64,000 nt of DNA, taken from Nitrosarchaeum sp. Its GTDB lineage: Archaea; Thermoproteota; Nitrososphaeria; Nitrososphaerales; Nitrosopumilaceae. The stretch spans positions 288,001-352,000 of the forward strand of contig OZ245020.1 in assembly GCA_965223865.1 (NCBI GenBank). Direction: 5' to 3'. Below the pieces are notes generated by a model. The model saw nothing but the letters and a program-made list of their open reading frames with translations. It had not been told where the DNA came from and searched no databases. Positions 10,635 to 20,367 of this stretch are shown here, piece after piece (position 1 is the first letter of the stretch; each line of letters begins with the position of its first letter). Both the position numbers and the translations under genes were made by a program.

Positions 10635-11732
10635 ATGATATCTGTGGAAGAAGTAAAAAGAGAAAAACTCAGGACAGGTTTTACAACAGGTACTTCAGCT
10701 GCTGCAGCATCAAAGGCTGCCTTATTATCAATTATTCATCAAAAGAAAATAGATGAGGTAGATGTAAAATTACCAAAAGGTAATTTTATTAAAATTCCAA
10801 TCCATTCTTGTAATTTTGATGAAAATAGTGCGCAATGTTCTGTGATAAAAGATGGGGGTGATGATCCTGATGTTACACATGGTGCAGAGATTATTGTGAA
10901 TTTATCATTTACAGATAAAATCGAGGAAATAGAGATTGATGGCGGAGAAGGTGTTGGAATTGTTACAAAGCCGGGATTAGGTCTTGAAATAAACAAACCA
11001 GCAATCAATCCAGTTCCAAAAAAAATGATTAATGAAAATATTAGAGAAAATGCCGAATCAATTCTTTTAGAAAAGGGGATCAAAGTAATTATTTCAGTTC
11101 CAAAGGGGAAAGAATTAGGTCCAAAGACAGATAATCCCAGAATTGGAATTTTAAATGGGATTTCTATTTTAGGTACTAGTGGTATTGTAATTCCATTTTC
11201 AACTGCATCATTTGCAGCCTCCATCAGACAAAATCTTGATGTATCTATAGCAATGGGAAACGACAGTGTTGTTCTTACAACCGGTGGTAGAAGTGAAGAT
11301 TTTGCAAAGAAGATCATAGACTTGCCAGAGCATTGTTTTGTTCAAATGGGAGATTTTTCTGGATATACAATTCAACAATGTGGAAAAAAGGGGATCAAGA
11401 AAGCCTTTGTTGTAGGATTTATTGGCAAATTAGCCAAGATGGCAGCTGGGGTAAAACAGACTCATGTTAAAGGCTCCAAAGTAGACATGAATTTCTTGTC
11501 TGAAATTGCAAAAAAATGTAAAGCAAGTGAAGATGTAATTGAAAAGATCAAAAAAGCAAATACTGCAAGACATGTATCAGAAATAATCAAAGAAAATAAG
11601 ATTGAAGGTTTTTTTGATGAAATCTGTACAGAAACATTCATGCATATGAGAAAGCATTCTGAACAAAAAGTTCCCTTGGAGGTAATTTTGTTTGATTTTG
11701 ATGGAGAAATTCTTGCTCGAAAATCATTGTAG
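10635..11732 (+). CDS. cbiD: Cobalt-precorrin-5B C1-methyltransferase
   Basis: LRTGFTTGT, KDGGDDPDVTHGA, AINPVP, GISILGTSGIV. Confidence 0.95.
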   Translation: MISVEEVKREKLRTGFTTGTSAAAASKAALLSIIHQKKIDEVDVKLPKGNFIKIPIHSCNFDENSAQCSVIKDGGDDPDVTHGAEIIVNLSFTDKIEEIEIDGGEGVGIVTKPGLGLEINKPAINPVPKKMINENIRENAESILLEKGIKVIISVPKGKELGPKTDNPRIGILNGISILGTSGIVIPFSTASFAASIRQNLDVSIAMGNDSVVLTTGGRSEDFAKKIIDLPEHCFVQMGDFSGYTIQQCGKKGIKKAFVVGFIGKLAKMAAGVKQTHVKGSKVDMNFLSEIAKKCKASEDVIEKIKKANTARHVSEIIKENKIEGFFDEICTETFMHMRKHSEQKVPLEVILFDFDGEILARKSL

Positions 11733-11760
11733 TAAGGTATTTTATTTAATCTAGAAAGTT

Positions 11761-12819
11761 TTGATTATGGATAAGATTTCAGTTCTTGCTATAACAAAAA
11801 ATGGTGTAAATATAGGCACAAAATTAAAAAAAGTATTTCCGTCTTGGAGTATTTTTGCACCAGCTAAATTTGAAAATGATAATGATGACATATCATGGTA
11901 CTCTGAGTCTACAACAGAAAAGATTGTAGATCTCTTCAAAAATAATGAAGCCTTGATTTGTTTATTTTCATTAGGAGCAGTTATACGATTAATTGCACCT
12001 TACTTGAAAGATAAGAAAACTGATCCTGCAGTAATTGTAATTGATGATAAAACTAACTTTGTGATTAGTGTATTATCAGGACATATTGGAGGTGCAAATG
12101 AATTAACAAATAAAATTGCTGAAAAACTAGATGCAACCCCTATAATTACTACAGCTGCTGATGTAAACAAGACAATTGCAGTTGACCTTTTGGGACGAAA
12201 CCTTGGATGGAAAATAGATGATGATTCTACAGTTACAAAAGTGAGTGCATATATGGTAAATGACGAAAAAATAGGAGTTTTTCAAGATGCCGGAAATAAA
12301 AATTGGTATAAAGAATTACCAAAAAATGTGAAAAATTTTGCAAGTTTGGAAGAATTGAAAAATTCTGATTCAAAAGGGTTTCTAATAATTACAGATAAAA
12401 GAATTGATGGAGAATTTCTAAAAGATTCAGTTGTGTATAATCCACCTAGTCTAGTAGTAGGAGTAGGTCTTCATTGGAATACGACCAAAGAAAAAATCAT
12501 GGATGGCATCGATTTTTGTATGAAAAAATTTAATCTTAATCCAAAATCAATATCTCAGCTAGTTTCAATAAAAAAACCGGAAGATGTTCAGGGATTAATT
12601 GATGTTGGAAAAGAAATGAGAATACCTGTAGAATATGTAAATCGAGAAGATTTGGCTGAAATTTCTGCGCCAAATCCATCAGAAACTGTAAGATCATTTG
12701 AAGGGACAGCCAGTGTTTCTGAGGCTGCTGCAATCAAAGTGTCTGAAGGAAGGTTAATCGTGGAAAAACAGAAATTTCCTCCAGATTTGACTATAGCAAT
12801 AGCGAGGAGATTAGATTGA
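11761..12819 (+). CDS. cbiG: Cobalt-precorrin-5A hydrolase
   Basis: KDKKTDPAV, LSGHIGGAN, SVSEAAA. Confidence 0.93.
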   Translation: MIMDKISVLAITKNGVNIGTKLKKVFPSWSIFAPAKFENDNDDISWYSESTTEKIVDLFKNNEALICLFSLGAVIRLIAPYLKDKKTDPAVIVIDDKTNFVISVLSGHIGGANELTNKIAEKLDATPIITTAADVNKTIAVDLLGRNLGWKIDDDSTVTKVSAYMVNDEKIGVFQDAGNKNWYKELPKNVKNFASLEELKNSDSKGFLIITDKRIDGEFLKDSVVYNPPSLVVGVGLHWNTTKEKIMDGIDFCMKKFNLNPKSISQLVSIKKPEDVQGLIDVGKEMRIPVEYVNREDLAEISAPNPSETVRSFEGTASVSEAAAIKVSEGRLIVEKQKFPPDLTIAIARRLD

Positions 12820-13568
12820 AACGTGGATTATTATTAATTGATAGGGGTAGCCGTGAAAGAGAAGCATCTGAAGAACTAGAGATAATTTGTGATGGCATCA
12901 AAAACAAAGGTGATTATGTCTTTACTGATTTTTGCTTTCTTGAGGTAGAGCCTCCCTATATTGAGGATGGTATTGAAAAATGCCTAAAACAAGATATTGA
13001 TGCATTAACGATAGTCCCCTATTTTCTTTATCCCGGTAAAAAAGTAAAGATTGCCGTTACAGATGTAATGAAATTTCAAAAAGATACCAATGTAAAATTT
13101 GTTGTAACAAAACCTATGAGTATGCATAAAACTTTGATAGATCTTGTACAAAATAGAATTTCTTCAACACTTAAAGAAAATAATGTAACTCTTGCTGAAA
13201 AAAATGTTGATGTTTTAATTATTGGCCATGGTAGTAAAGACTCCAACGCACAAATGTCATTAAACTATGTAGTAGATGGACTAAAAGAAAATTATCGAAA
13301 TGTAGATAGATGTTGGTTGGAAATTGAACAGCCTGATATTTTTGAAGGTATTAAAACATGTGAAGAAAACAAACCTGAAGTGCTTGTAATAGTTTTTTAT
13401 TTTTTGCACGAAGGAGCACATGTTAAAACTGATATCAATAATGATCTTTTACCTGCTCTGGAAAAATCAAATTTGAAAAATGTTTACATTACTAAACATT
13501 TGGGAACAGATGAAAAAATGATTGATTTGATTGTTGAACGAGCAAAAGAGGTAGAAGATGCAAACTAG
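12816..13568 (+). CDS. cbiX: Sirohydrochlorin cobaltochelatase, two-domain CbiX-like
   Basis: Duplicated CbiX fold; C-domain GHGS and FLHEGAHV; inside the cbi operon. Confidence 0.88.
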   Translation: MKRGLLLIDRGSREREASEELEIICDGIKNKGDYVFTDFCFLEVEPPYIEDGIEKCLKQDIDALTIVPYFLYPGKKVKIAVTDVMKFQKDTNVKFVVTKPMSMHKTLIDLVQNRISSTLKENNVTLAEKNVDVLIIGHGSKDSNAQMSLNYVVDGLKENYRNVDRCWLEIEQPDIFEGIKTCEENKPEVLVIVFYFLHEGAHVKTDINNDLLPALEKSNLKNVYITKHLGTDEKMIDLIVERAKEVEDAN

Positions 13569-14199
13569 AAAAGGTCAATCAATTGAAGATGCAAGTATGC
13601 AGATGATTGAAGAGGAAGTAGGAGAGCACAATTATAGTAATAAAGAATGGCCAATTGTTAGACGAATAATTCATTCAACAGCCGACTTTGATTTTGTTGG
13701 AAAGAACAAACTAATTTTTCATAAAGATGCAGTAGAAAGTGGAATAAATGCTATCAGGAATGGATGCAGTATTGTGGTTGATGTTAATGGTGTAATTGGT
13801 TTATTGAATAAACAAAATCCAAAAGATTTTGGAAACAAGATAGTTTGTAAAATTTCAGATCCTGAAATAATGAAATTGGCAAAAAAAGAGGATAAAACTC
13901 GTTCTCAAGTATGTATGAGGGCAGCAAGGTCAGAAATTGAAGGAGGAATTGTGGCGATTGGGAATGCTCCAACTGCACTCTTAGAGGTGATTCAAATGAT
14001 CAAAGAAGGGATTGTGAAACCTGCTTTAATTATTGGAATTCCAGTAGGCTTTATCTGCGCCTCAGAATCGAAGGAAAAATTAAGTAAATTAGAAGAAATT
14101 CCATTCATTACAAATATTGGAAGAAAAGGAGGAAGCTCTTCAGCAGCTGCAATAATTAATGCATTATACAAGCTTGTAAGGGCTGAATTATCTTCTTGA
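13558..14199 (+). CDS. cbiC: Cobalt-precorrin-8 methylmutase
   Basis: RRIIHSTADFD, IGNAPTAL, PVGF, GRKGGS. Confidence 0.95.
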   Translation: MQTRKGQSIEDASMQMIEEEVGEHNYSNKEWPIVRRIIHSTADFDFVGKNKLIFHKDAVESGINAIRNGCSIVVDVNGVIGLLNKQNPKDFGNKIVCKISDPEIMKLAKKEDKTRSQVCMRAARSEIEGGIVAIGNAPTALLEVIQMIKEGIVKPALIIGIPVGFICASESKEKLSKLEEIPFITNIGRKGGSSSAAAIINALYKLVRAELSS

Positions 14200-15543
14200 A
14201 TATTTTACACAGTTTTTTACAAAAATTTTTGAATAATCAGAACTATCAAAATAGAGGTGTCCATAAGATGCAAGTGTATTGTATAGAATCATTCCATCTT
14301 TATGATTTTTAATTCCGTCACCAATTTCTAATTGATATGCAAATTTAGAATCAGAAGAAACTGAAATCAGTTCTGAATAATGAAATTCATGTCCACGCAA
14401 TAAATGAGATTTATATGAAATGATATTTTTTGTAATTATTTTTCCTTTGGTGTAATTAAGTTTCATTCTCTTGGTCATTTTTGTTTCGGCATCAAAGAGA
14501 CCTATCATTTTGTATTTTTTATCACCATAATCAATTGATTTGGTTAGATACATCAATCCTCCACATTCTGCATAAATGGGCATACTTTGTTCTGATAATT
14601 TTTTTATGGATTGTCTCATAAAAGAATTTTTTTCTAGTGAATTTCCTAAAATTTCTGGAAATCCACCACCGATGTAAATTCCATCACAACTTGGAAGTTT
14701 CTTATCTTTTATTGGACTAAAAAATTTCAGATTTGCTCCTTGTTCCCTTAATGATTTAAGATTATCATGGTAATAGAAGTTAAATGAATTATCAAGAGCA
14801 ACTGCTATTGTAACATTAGTTTTTTTGTTTATTGATTGTGATTTCTTTTTAAGTAAAGTTGGATTTTTGGTCAATTCAATTATTTTTTCAATGTCTAATG
14901 ACCCTGCAATAATTCTCGAAATTTTTTTTATTTTTTTCTGAAGATTTCTTTCATTCATTGTAGATATCAGACCAAGATGTCGCGATTGTAAAGATAGATC
15001 AGGATTCTTTGGAATTATACCAATAATGGGGAGGTGTGTTTTTTCCAGTGCTTGCCTGCATAAAATTTCATGTTTTTGACTACCAATTTTATTTAGAATA
15101 ATACCTGAAATTCTTGAATTTTTATGGAATTTCTGAAAACCTAATGCTGTTGCAGCAATGGATCTTGCTGTCTTACTAGCATCTAAAACCAATATTACAG
15201 GAGATTTGGTCAATTCGGCCACATGATGAGTACTTGCAAAATTAGAATCACCTCCAAATCCATCATAATAACCCATTACACCTTCAATTACTGAAATATC
15301 AGAATTGGAATTTTCAATGAAACTTTCTAAGAGTTGGTTTTTCCCCATTAACCAAACATCTAGATTGAAAGTCTTTGAATTTGAAATGCTAGAAAGATAA
15401 CTAGGATCTATGTAATCAGGACCTACTTTGAATGGTTGTACTGAAAATCCTTTTTTCTTTAGTGCATATATTATTGCACAAGTTATGGAGGTTTTTCCAA
15501 CTCCACTAGTAGCTCCTGCTAGGACTATTCTTGGAATTTTCAA
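14188..15543 (-). CDS. cbiA: Cobyrinate a,c-diamide synthase
   Basis: SGVGKT, FKVGPDYIDP, EGVMG, AECGGLMYL, GHEFHYS. Confidence 0.95.
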   Translation of the reverse strand: MKIPRIVLAGATSGVGKTSITCAIIYALKKKGFSVQPFKVGPDYIDPSYLSSISNSKTFNLDVWLMGKNQLLESFIENSNSDISVIEGVMGYYDGFGGDSNFASTHHVAELTKSPVILVLDASKTARSIAATALGFQKFHKNSRISGIILNKIGSQKHEILCRQALEKTHLPIIGIIPKNPDLSLQSRHLGLISTMNERNLQKKIKKISRIIAGSLDIEKIIELTKNPTLLKKKSQSINKKTNVTIAVALDNSFNFYYHDNLKSLREQGANLKFFSPIKDKKLPSCDGIYIGGGFPEILGNSLEKNSFMRQSIKKLSEQSMPIYAECGGLMYLTKSIDYGDKKYKMIGLFDAETKMTKRMKLNYTKGKIITKNIISYKSHLLRGHEFHYSELISVSSDSKFAYQLEIGDGIKNHKDGMILYNTLASYGHLYFDSSDYSKIFVKNCVKYSRR

Positions 15544-15616
15544 TTCGCATGTCTAGAACTATTTTTTATTTAAATTGATACATTAGTCCAAGATAGTACT
15601 GAATGTTTTTACTTGG

Positions 15617-16168
15617 ATGATTTCCAAAATATTCATGGAAAAAGAGGGTTTAACCATTGTATATACTGGAAAAGGTAAAGGAAAGACCACAGCAGCATTG
15701 GGAATTGTGTTAAGAGCGGTAGGTTATGAAAAAAAAATTTGTATGATTCAGTTTATCAAAAGTTCCTGGCATTATGGAGAGATGTATTCATCAAAAAGAT
15801 TGGAACCTGAATTTGAAATAGTTGCAATTGGCAAAGGATTTGTTGGAATTATTGATGATAAAAGTCCAAAAGAAGATCATGAAAAAATTGCAAAGGAAGC
15901 AATCAAAATTAGTGGAGAAAAAATTCAATCGGGAAAATATGATATTGTAATATTAGATGAGATAAACTACGCAATCAATTTAGGATTAGTAAGTTTAGAA
16001 GAAGTAATAGATTTGATAAAATCTAAACCTCATAAATTAGATCTTATTTTAACTGGAAACTATGCCAAAAAAGAAATCATTGATTTGGCAGATTTGGTAA
16101 CTGAGATGACTCAGATAAAACATCCATTTCAGAGTGGTATCAAAGCAAGAAAAGGAATTGATTTCTAA
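15617..16168 (+). CDS. cobO: Cob(I)yrinate diamide adenosyltransferase, CobA/BtuR type
   Basis: YTGKGKGKTTAA, LDEI, ADLVTEM, KHPF..G. Confidence 0.93.
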   Translation: MISKIFMEKEGLTIVYTGKGKGKTTAALGIVLRAVGYEKKICMIQFIKSSWHYGEMYSSKRLEPEFEIVAIGKGFVGIIDDKSPKEDHEKIAKEAIKISGEKIQSGKYDIVILDEINYAINLGLVSLEEVIDLIKSKPHKLDLILTGNYAKKEIIDLADLVTEMTQIKHPFQSGIKARKGIDF

Positions 16169-16208
16169 CTAGCAACATTAAATTACGCAAGAATTAGTTT
16201 TAGAAGAA

Positions 16209-17006
16209 ATGTCTACTGAAATTCAAGAATTACCTGAACAGGGGGAAATTGTTCTAGCCACAGTAACCAAAATAATGGATCATGGTGTGTATGTTTCATT
16301 AGATGAATATGATGAAATTCAGGGATTTTTACATATTTCAGAAATTGCTCCAGGATGGATACGCTCCGTCAGTAGATTTGTGAGGGAAGGAGAGAAAAAA
16401 GTACTACTTGTAAAAAAAGTAAATCCCAAGAGAGGAGATATAGATCTTTCCTTAAAACAAGTATCTAACGATCAAAAAAAGCAGAAACTCAAAGAAGTTA
16501 AAAAATATGAAAAAGGAAAAACCCTCTTACAAAGCGTACAAGAAAAAGCAAAACTATCAGATAATGAAATTGAAAAATTAGAAGATAGTATTTATTCAAA
16601 ATTTGATTCAGTATATGATGCTTTTATTGAAATAGGAAGAAATGGAATTAATTCAATAAAGGAGCTCAAATTAAACAAAAAAATACTATCAGCTATTGAA
16701 GAAGTTTGTTCAAAGATCAAATTACCCTCAGTAGAAATTCGTGGTATAATGGAAATAACAAATACAAAATCAAATGGTGTGGAAATTATTAGAAAGAACT
16801 TGCTTGATGCAATGAAAAAAAATTCGAACATTGACATTACCTATTTGGGTGCACCAAAGTATAGACTGTCAATAAAAGCAGAAGATTTCAAAATAGCTGA
16901 AAAATCTTTAAAACCAATTATTGAAGAAATTCAAAAAAGTATGGAAAAGAAGAATGGATCATTCAAATTTACTAGAGAAGAATCTAAGAAAACCAGAGAC
17001 GGTTAA
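16209..17006 (+). CDS. eif2a: Translation initiation factor aIF2 alpha
   Basis: S1 domain LHISEI, IDLSLK, GAPKY. Confidence 0.95.
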   Translation: MSTEIQELPEQGEIVLATVTKIMDHGVYVSLDEYDEIQGFLHISEIAPGWIRSVSRFVREGEKKVLLVKKVNPKRGDIDLSLKQVSNDQKKQKLKEVKKYEKGKTLLQSVQEKAKLSDNEIEKLEDSIYSKFDSVYDAFIEIGRNGINSIKELKLNKKILSAIEEVCSKIKLPSVEIRGIMEITNTKSNGVEIIRKNLLDAMKKNSNIDITYLGAPKYRLSIKAEDFKIAEKSLKPIIEEIQKSMEKKNGSFKFTREESKKTRDG

Positions 17007-17007
17007 G

Positions 17008-17163
17008 ATGAGATTTCAATTAAGAAAATGTATCAAATGTAATCAGTATACTCTAAAAGAAAAATGTACAAAATGTAACGAAGGAACTATATCAGCTCAT
17101 CCTGCTAAATTTTCTCCTGATGATAAATACATGAGATATAGATTAGCTGAAAGATACGACTAA
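17008..17163 (+). CDS. nop10: H/ACA RNP protein Nop10
   Basis: [26 protein letters not shown]; start at ATG 17008, directly after aIF2 alpha. Confidence 0.93.
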   Translation: MRFQLRKCIKCNQYTLKEKCTKCNEGTISAHPAKFSPDDKYMRYRLAERYD

Positions 17164-17322
17164 TCTAAAATCCATTCAAAACAAATTCTTTGGTTGTTCT
17201 CTAATAGACAATTTGGTATCAGAGAAATTCTATAAATGAAAATAATTTCTCAGACTAAACATCTCACAAAATAAGAGCTAAATCAAGTAAATTTTGATGT
17301 AATCATTTTAAAAATTCAGGTA

Positions 17323-17778
17323 TTATGGTGCGTATTTACCTTCTAGTTTTGCCTCAGTGACAATATGATTTTTCATGGCGTTTTCCACGTCTGCTTTTGA
17401 GGATCCTTTTTCCAGGTCAAGTTCAGTATCTAAAGCATATAATTTGAAAACGTAGGTATGCTCTTTGTCAGGTGGTGCAGGTCCACCATAACCAATTTCA
17501 CCAAAATCAGTTTTACCTTCAATAGAATTTGTAGGAATAGAATTTTCAGTAATTTCATTTGTGTTTGGAGGTATATTCCATAAAACCCAATGGACCCAAA
17601 CTTTTCCGACTGCACCCATCGCATCAGGATCATCCATTATCAAAGCTAAAGATTTTGTTCCATCAGGAATCTCACTTATTTTTAGAGTAGGACTAAGATT
17701 TTCATTTTTATATCCATATTTTCTTGAGATAATTCCTCCATTTTCAAAATCAGTACTTGTTAAGATCAATCTAATCAC
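17323..17778 (-). CDS. YbhB/YbcL PEBP-family protein
   Basis: DPDA, WVHW, GYGGPAPP, HTYVFKLYALD. Confidence 0.92.
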   Translation of the reverse strand: MIRLILTSTDFENGGIISRKYGYKNENLSPTLKISEIPDGTKSLALIMDDPDAMGAVGKVWVHWVLWNIPPNTNEITENSIPTNSIEGKTDFGEIGYGGPAPPDKEHTYVFKLYALDTELDLEKGSSKADVENAMKNHIVTEAKLEGKYAP

Positions 17779-17810
17779 AAGAATTTGTATATTCTATAAG
17801 TTAAATTTTT

Positions 17811-18179
17811 CTAAGATTCTAAGACAAGTCTATCATTTGAAAAAGAGATTACAGAGCCTCCTGCTTGCTTGAGCTGTTTTTTTAATTCTTTATCCATCGT
17901 TCCAATAATAGATCTGTGATTTTTTGCATAATCTAACAGTTCTTTATCTGCAAAATTTCCAGAAATAGGAATTGTTTTAAAAGATTTTATAAAATTTGAA
18001 GTTGCAGTTATATCTTGTTTTTTTTCAGGTATGTTTTCTAATTTAGATAATTCATTTTTTACAACTTCAGGAACAACAAAAGAAATTGAACCTATCTCAA
18101 CATCTATTTTATCCATATTTTTTATTCGTTTAGTAGCTAAATGGATTAAAAAACTAGTATCACAGATTACTTCAACCAA
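17811..18179 (-). CDS. PIN-domain nuclease (Fcf1/Utp24-like)
   Basis: ICDTSFL, V..EL, ADKEL, TMDKELK; follows aIF2 gamma. Confidence 0.85.
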   Translation of the reverse strand: MVEVICDTSFLIHLATKRIKNMDKIDVEIGSISFVVPEVVKNELSKLENIPEKKQDITATSNFIKSFKTIPISGNFADKELLDYAKNHRSIIGTMDKELKKQLKQAGGSVISFSNDRLVLES

Positions 18180-19434
18180 GTATTCCTGCTCCGATTAGTC
18201 TCCATCTATCTGCAATTCTTCTACTGATTGCAACATTTCCACCTTCAAAAAGACATGCAGGTCTTCGGAGTTTAATTTCAGCAGTTGTTGATTTAATTTT
18301 AGAAACTTGACCCAAAACAGGCGCAGTACCAATGTTTAATCTTAGGAGTTCTCCAGATTGAATAGGCATAACCTTGGTATCTTCAGTAGTGCCAACAGCA
18401 GAATCAAAAAGATTTACTTCAAGTTTAATGTCTGTAGAGTTTTCAGGAAGAGTTCCAGGTTTACCAATGACAGAACCAATAAAAGAATCACTTCTGGTCA
18501 TTGCTGGATCTAATTTGGTTCCAATGGCAACTAATCCACCAGGTTTTACAGATTCTACTATTCCAGCTGCTGTTCCTAAGGAAGTAATTTCAGTTACTAG
18601 TGGTTCATATTTTTTCTTTTTTTCATTCATTATCCCGGGTTTGATTTCAATTTCATCATCTACATTGAATATTCCTTGTGTCAAGCTTCCTCCGATTACA
18701 CCACCCTTGATATTTTTCAGCTTGGTACCTGGTTTGTTTACATCAAAAGAACGTAAGACATGCATTACTGTATCTTTAGATTCATCTCGTTCTGGAGTTT
18801 TGATAGTATTTTCAATTGAGCCAATTAATGCATCAATGTTTAATCCAGATTGAGCAGATATTGGAATGATTGGTGCTTTTGCTGCATGTGTTCCTTTAAC
18901 AAATTGTGTAATGTCTTGATAATTCTGAAGAGCTTCCTTGTAAGAGAGTAAATCAACTTTATTTTGAACTACAACAATTTGTTGAATCCCAAGAGTTTGT
19001 AAAGCTAATAGATGTTCTTTTGTTTGTGGTTTGGGTACTTTTTCATTTGCTGCAACCAATAATAATGCACCATCCATCAAAGCCGAACCAGAAAGCATAT
19101 TTGCCATTAAACTTTCGTGTCCAGGACTATCTACAAAACTTACAACTCTAGATAATTCACTATCTTTTCCACAATTATTACATTTTGGAGTAGTAGAGTA
19201 TCCTAACGGTTCTTCACAATTTTTACATTTGTAAAATGCTGCATCAGAGTATCCAACACGAATTGTAATTCCTCGTTTTAATTCTTGACTGTGAACACTA
19301 GTCCATGATCCTGTTAGTGCCTGAATAAGAGTAGTTTTTCCATGGTCAACATGACCTGCAGTTCCAATGTTTACACATGGTTGATAACCATATTTTTTGA
19401 TATACCATTCTGGAAGAGTTTCTCTCCAATGCAT
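18172..19434 (-). CDS. eif2g: Translation initiation factor aIF2 gamma
   Basis: GHVDHGKTT, ELKRGITI, Zn ribbon, DSPGHE, QNKVD. Confidence 0.97.
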   Translation of the reverse strand: MHWRETLPEWYIKKYGYQPCVNIGTAGHVDHGKTTLIQALTGSWTSVHSQELKRGITIRVGYSDAAFYKCKNCEEPLGYSTTPKCNNCGKDSELSRVVSFVDSPGHESLMANMLSGSALMDGALLLVAANEKVPKPQTKEHLLALQTLGIQQIVVVQNKVDLLSYKEALQNYQDITQFVKGTHAAKAPIIPISAQSGLNIDALIGSIENTIKTPERDESKDTVMHVLRSFDVNKPGTKLKNIKGGVIGGSLTQGIFNVDDEIEIKPGIMNEKKKKYEPLVTEITSLGTAAGIVESVKPGGLVAIGTKLDPAMTRSDSFIGSVIGKPGTLPENSTDIKLEVNLFDSAVGTTEDTKVMPIQSGELLRLNIGTAPVLGQVSKIKSTTAEIKLRRPACLFEGGNVAISRRIADRWRLIGAGILG

Positions 19435-19465
19435 AAGTCAAAATGTAAAACTGGTATATGTTAAG

Positions 19466-19867
19466 CTATTCTTTTTTATTTTTGTCTGAAGATTCAGTAG
19501 ACTCTTCTGTTGGAGCTTCTACTGGTAATTCTCCATCATACTTGCAATTAATTTGGTAAATTTCTTCAGAGACAGTATTTCCTCTCATAAGCTTTCTTAC
19601 TCTTTGTCCAGTTTCGGTATCTTGTAATCCAACTCCTTTGGATAGAAGAACATATTTTCTTGCTGCTCCGTGAACATCATTTCTCATAGGAACTCCAGAT
19701 TTGTCACTACCACCTGTAAGCTTTAGTTTGCCATTCAAACCTACAATTGCAGCATCAGTTTCATTTCCTAATTGCAAACCTAATAATGGATTTGCATCAC
19801 TATCTTTCAATTCTTTAGTGACAGACTTTCCTTTTATATCTGATACCGTTAACTTGAAATTTGCCAA
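19466..19867 (-). CDS. rps6e: Ribosomal protein S6e
   Basis: LTGGSDKSGVPM, RGNTVS; probable TTG start at 19867. Confidence 0.93.
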   Translation of the reverse strand: MANFKLTVSDIKGKSVTKELKDSDANPLLGLQLGNETDAAIVGLNGKLKLTGGSDKSGVPMRNDVHGAARKYVLLSKGVGLQDTETGQRVRKLMRGNTVSEEIYQINCKYDGELPVEAPTEESTESSDKNKKE

Positions 19868-19943
19868 GTATTCCAAAAAAATGTCAAACGACTAATTAAC
19901 CTTTGGACATTATTTTTAAATCAAGATTACTAAAGTTAGACAT

Positions 19944-20066
19944 ATGGCTGAAGAGATAACGTGTCCTCGATGTGATAATAAGATGGTAGATATGCAAGTA
20001 TGTCATTTGTTTTGTCCTAATTGTGGAGCTCACTTAGATTGTTCAGATAAAGGGAATTTTTGGTAA
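19944..20066 (+). CDS. 40-aa CPxCG zinc-finger micro-protein (MAEEITCPRCDNKMVDMQVCHLFCPNCGAHLDCSDKGNFW)
   Basis: Manual translation; CPRC, CPNCG, DCSD; TTTTTAAA about 25 nt upstream. Confidence 0.8.
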   Translation: MAEEITCPRCDNKMVDMQVCHLFCPNCGAHLDCSDKGNFW

Positions 20067-20240
20067 TCAGAGACCAGGCCTTTTTGGAATATATTCAGAT
20101 GTCATATTGATTGCTTGATCTTTCATAATTTCAAGATAAGTATCATAATCTGCTTCAAAATTACAATGAGGACATTTTACATTTGTAATATTACTATCTA
20201 ATATTGCAATATTTTCACATTCTGGACATCTTGCATCCAT
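20067..20240 (-). CDS. 57-aa zinc-ribbon micro-protein (MDARCPECENIAILDSNITNVKCPHCNFEADYDTYLEIMKDQAINMTSEYIPKRPGL)
   Basis: Manual translation; CPEC and CPHC; TTAAATA upstream on the minus strand. Confidence 0.8.
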   Translation of the reverse strand: MDARCPECENIAILDSNITNVKCPHCNFEADYDTYLEIMKDQAINMTSEYIPKRPGL

Positions 20241-20293
20241 AGTTTAATTGAACAATTAAGGTATTTAATTATAATCAGTATTTTTTGAGTTAG

Positions 20294-20367
20294 GCGGAAT
20301 TAGTCTAGATCGGTATGACGTCAGCTTCCCAAGCTGAAGGCCGCGGGTTCAAATCCCGCATTCCGCA
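20294..20367 (+). tRNA. tRNA-Gly(CCC), intronless, CCA not encoded
   Basis: Acceptor GCGGAAT/ATTCCGC+A; anticodon arm TCAGC-TTCCCAA-GCTGA; T-arm GCGGG-TTCAAAT-CCCGC. Confidence 0.97.

Noticed and set aside
10739-11317. Long antisense ORFs (this one, and 2317..2754, 18374..18853, 33677..34111, 35205..35633, 58164..58535 and similar)
   Set aside because: Shadows of well-identified genes, with the Ser/Ile/Phe/Pro-rich composition typical of reverse-strand reading
16921-17007. N-terminal extension of Nop10 in the track
   Set aside because: Overlaps aIF2 alpha; ATG 17008 gives a normal-length Nop10
20294-20367. tRNA-Gly as an integration (att) site
   Set aside because: No duplicated tRNA 3' end and no integrase seen in the window
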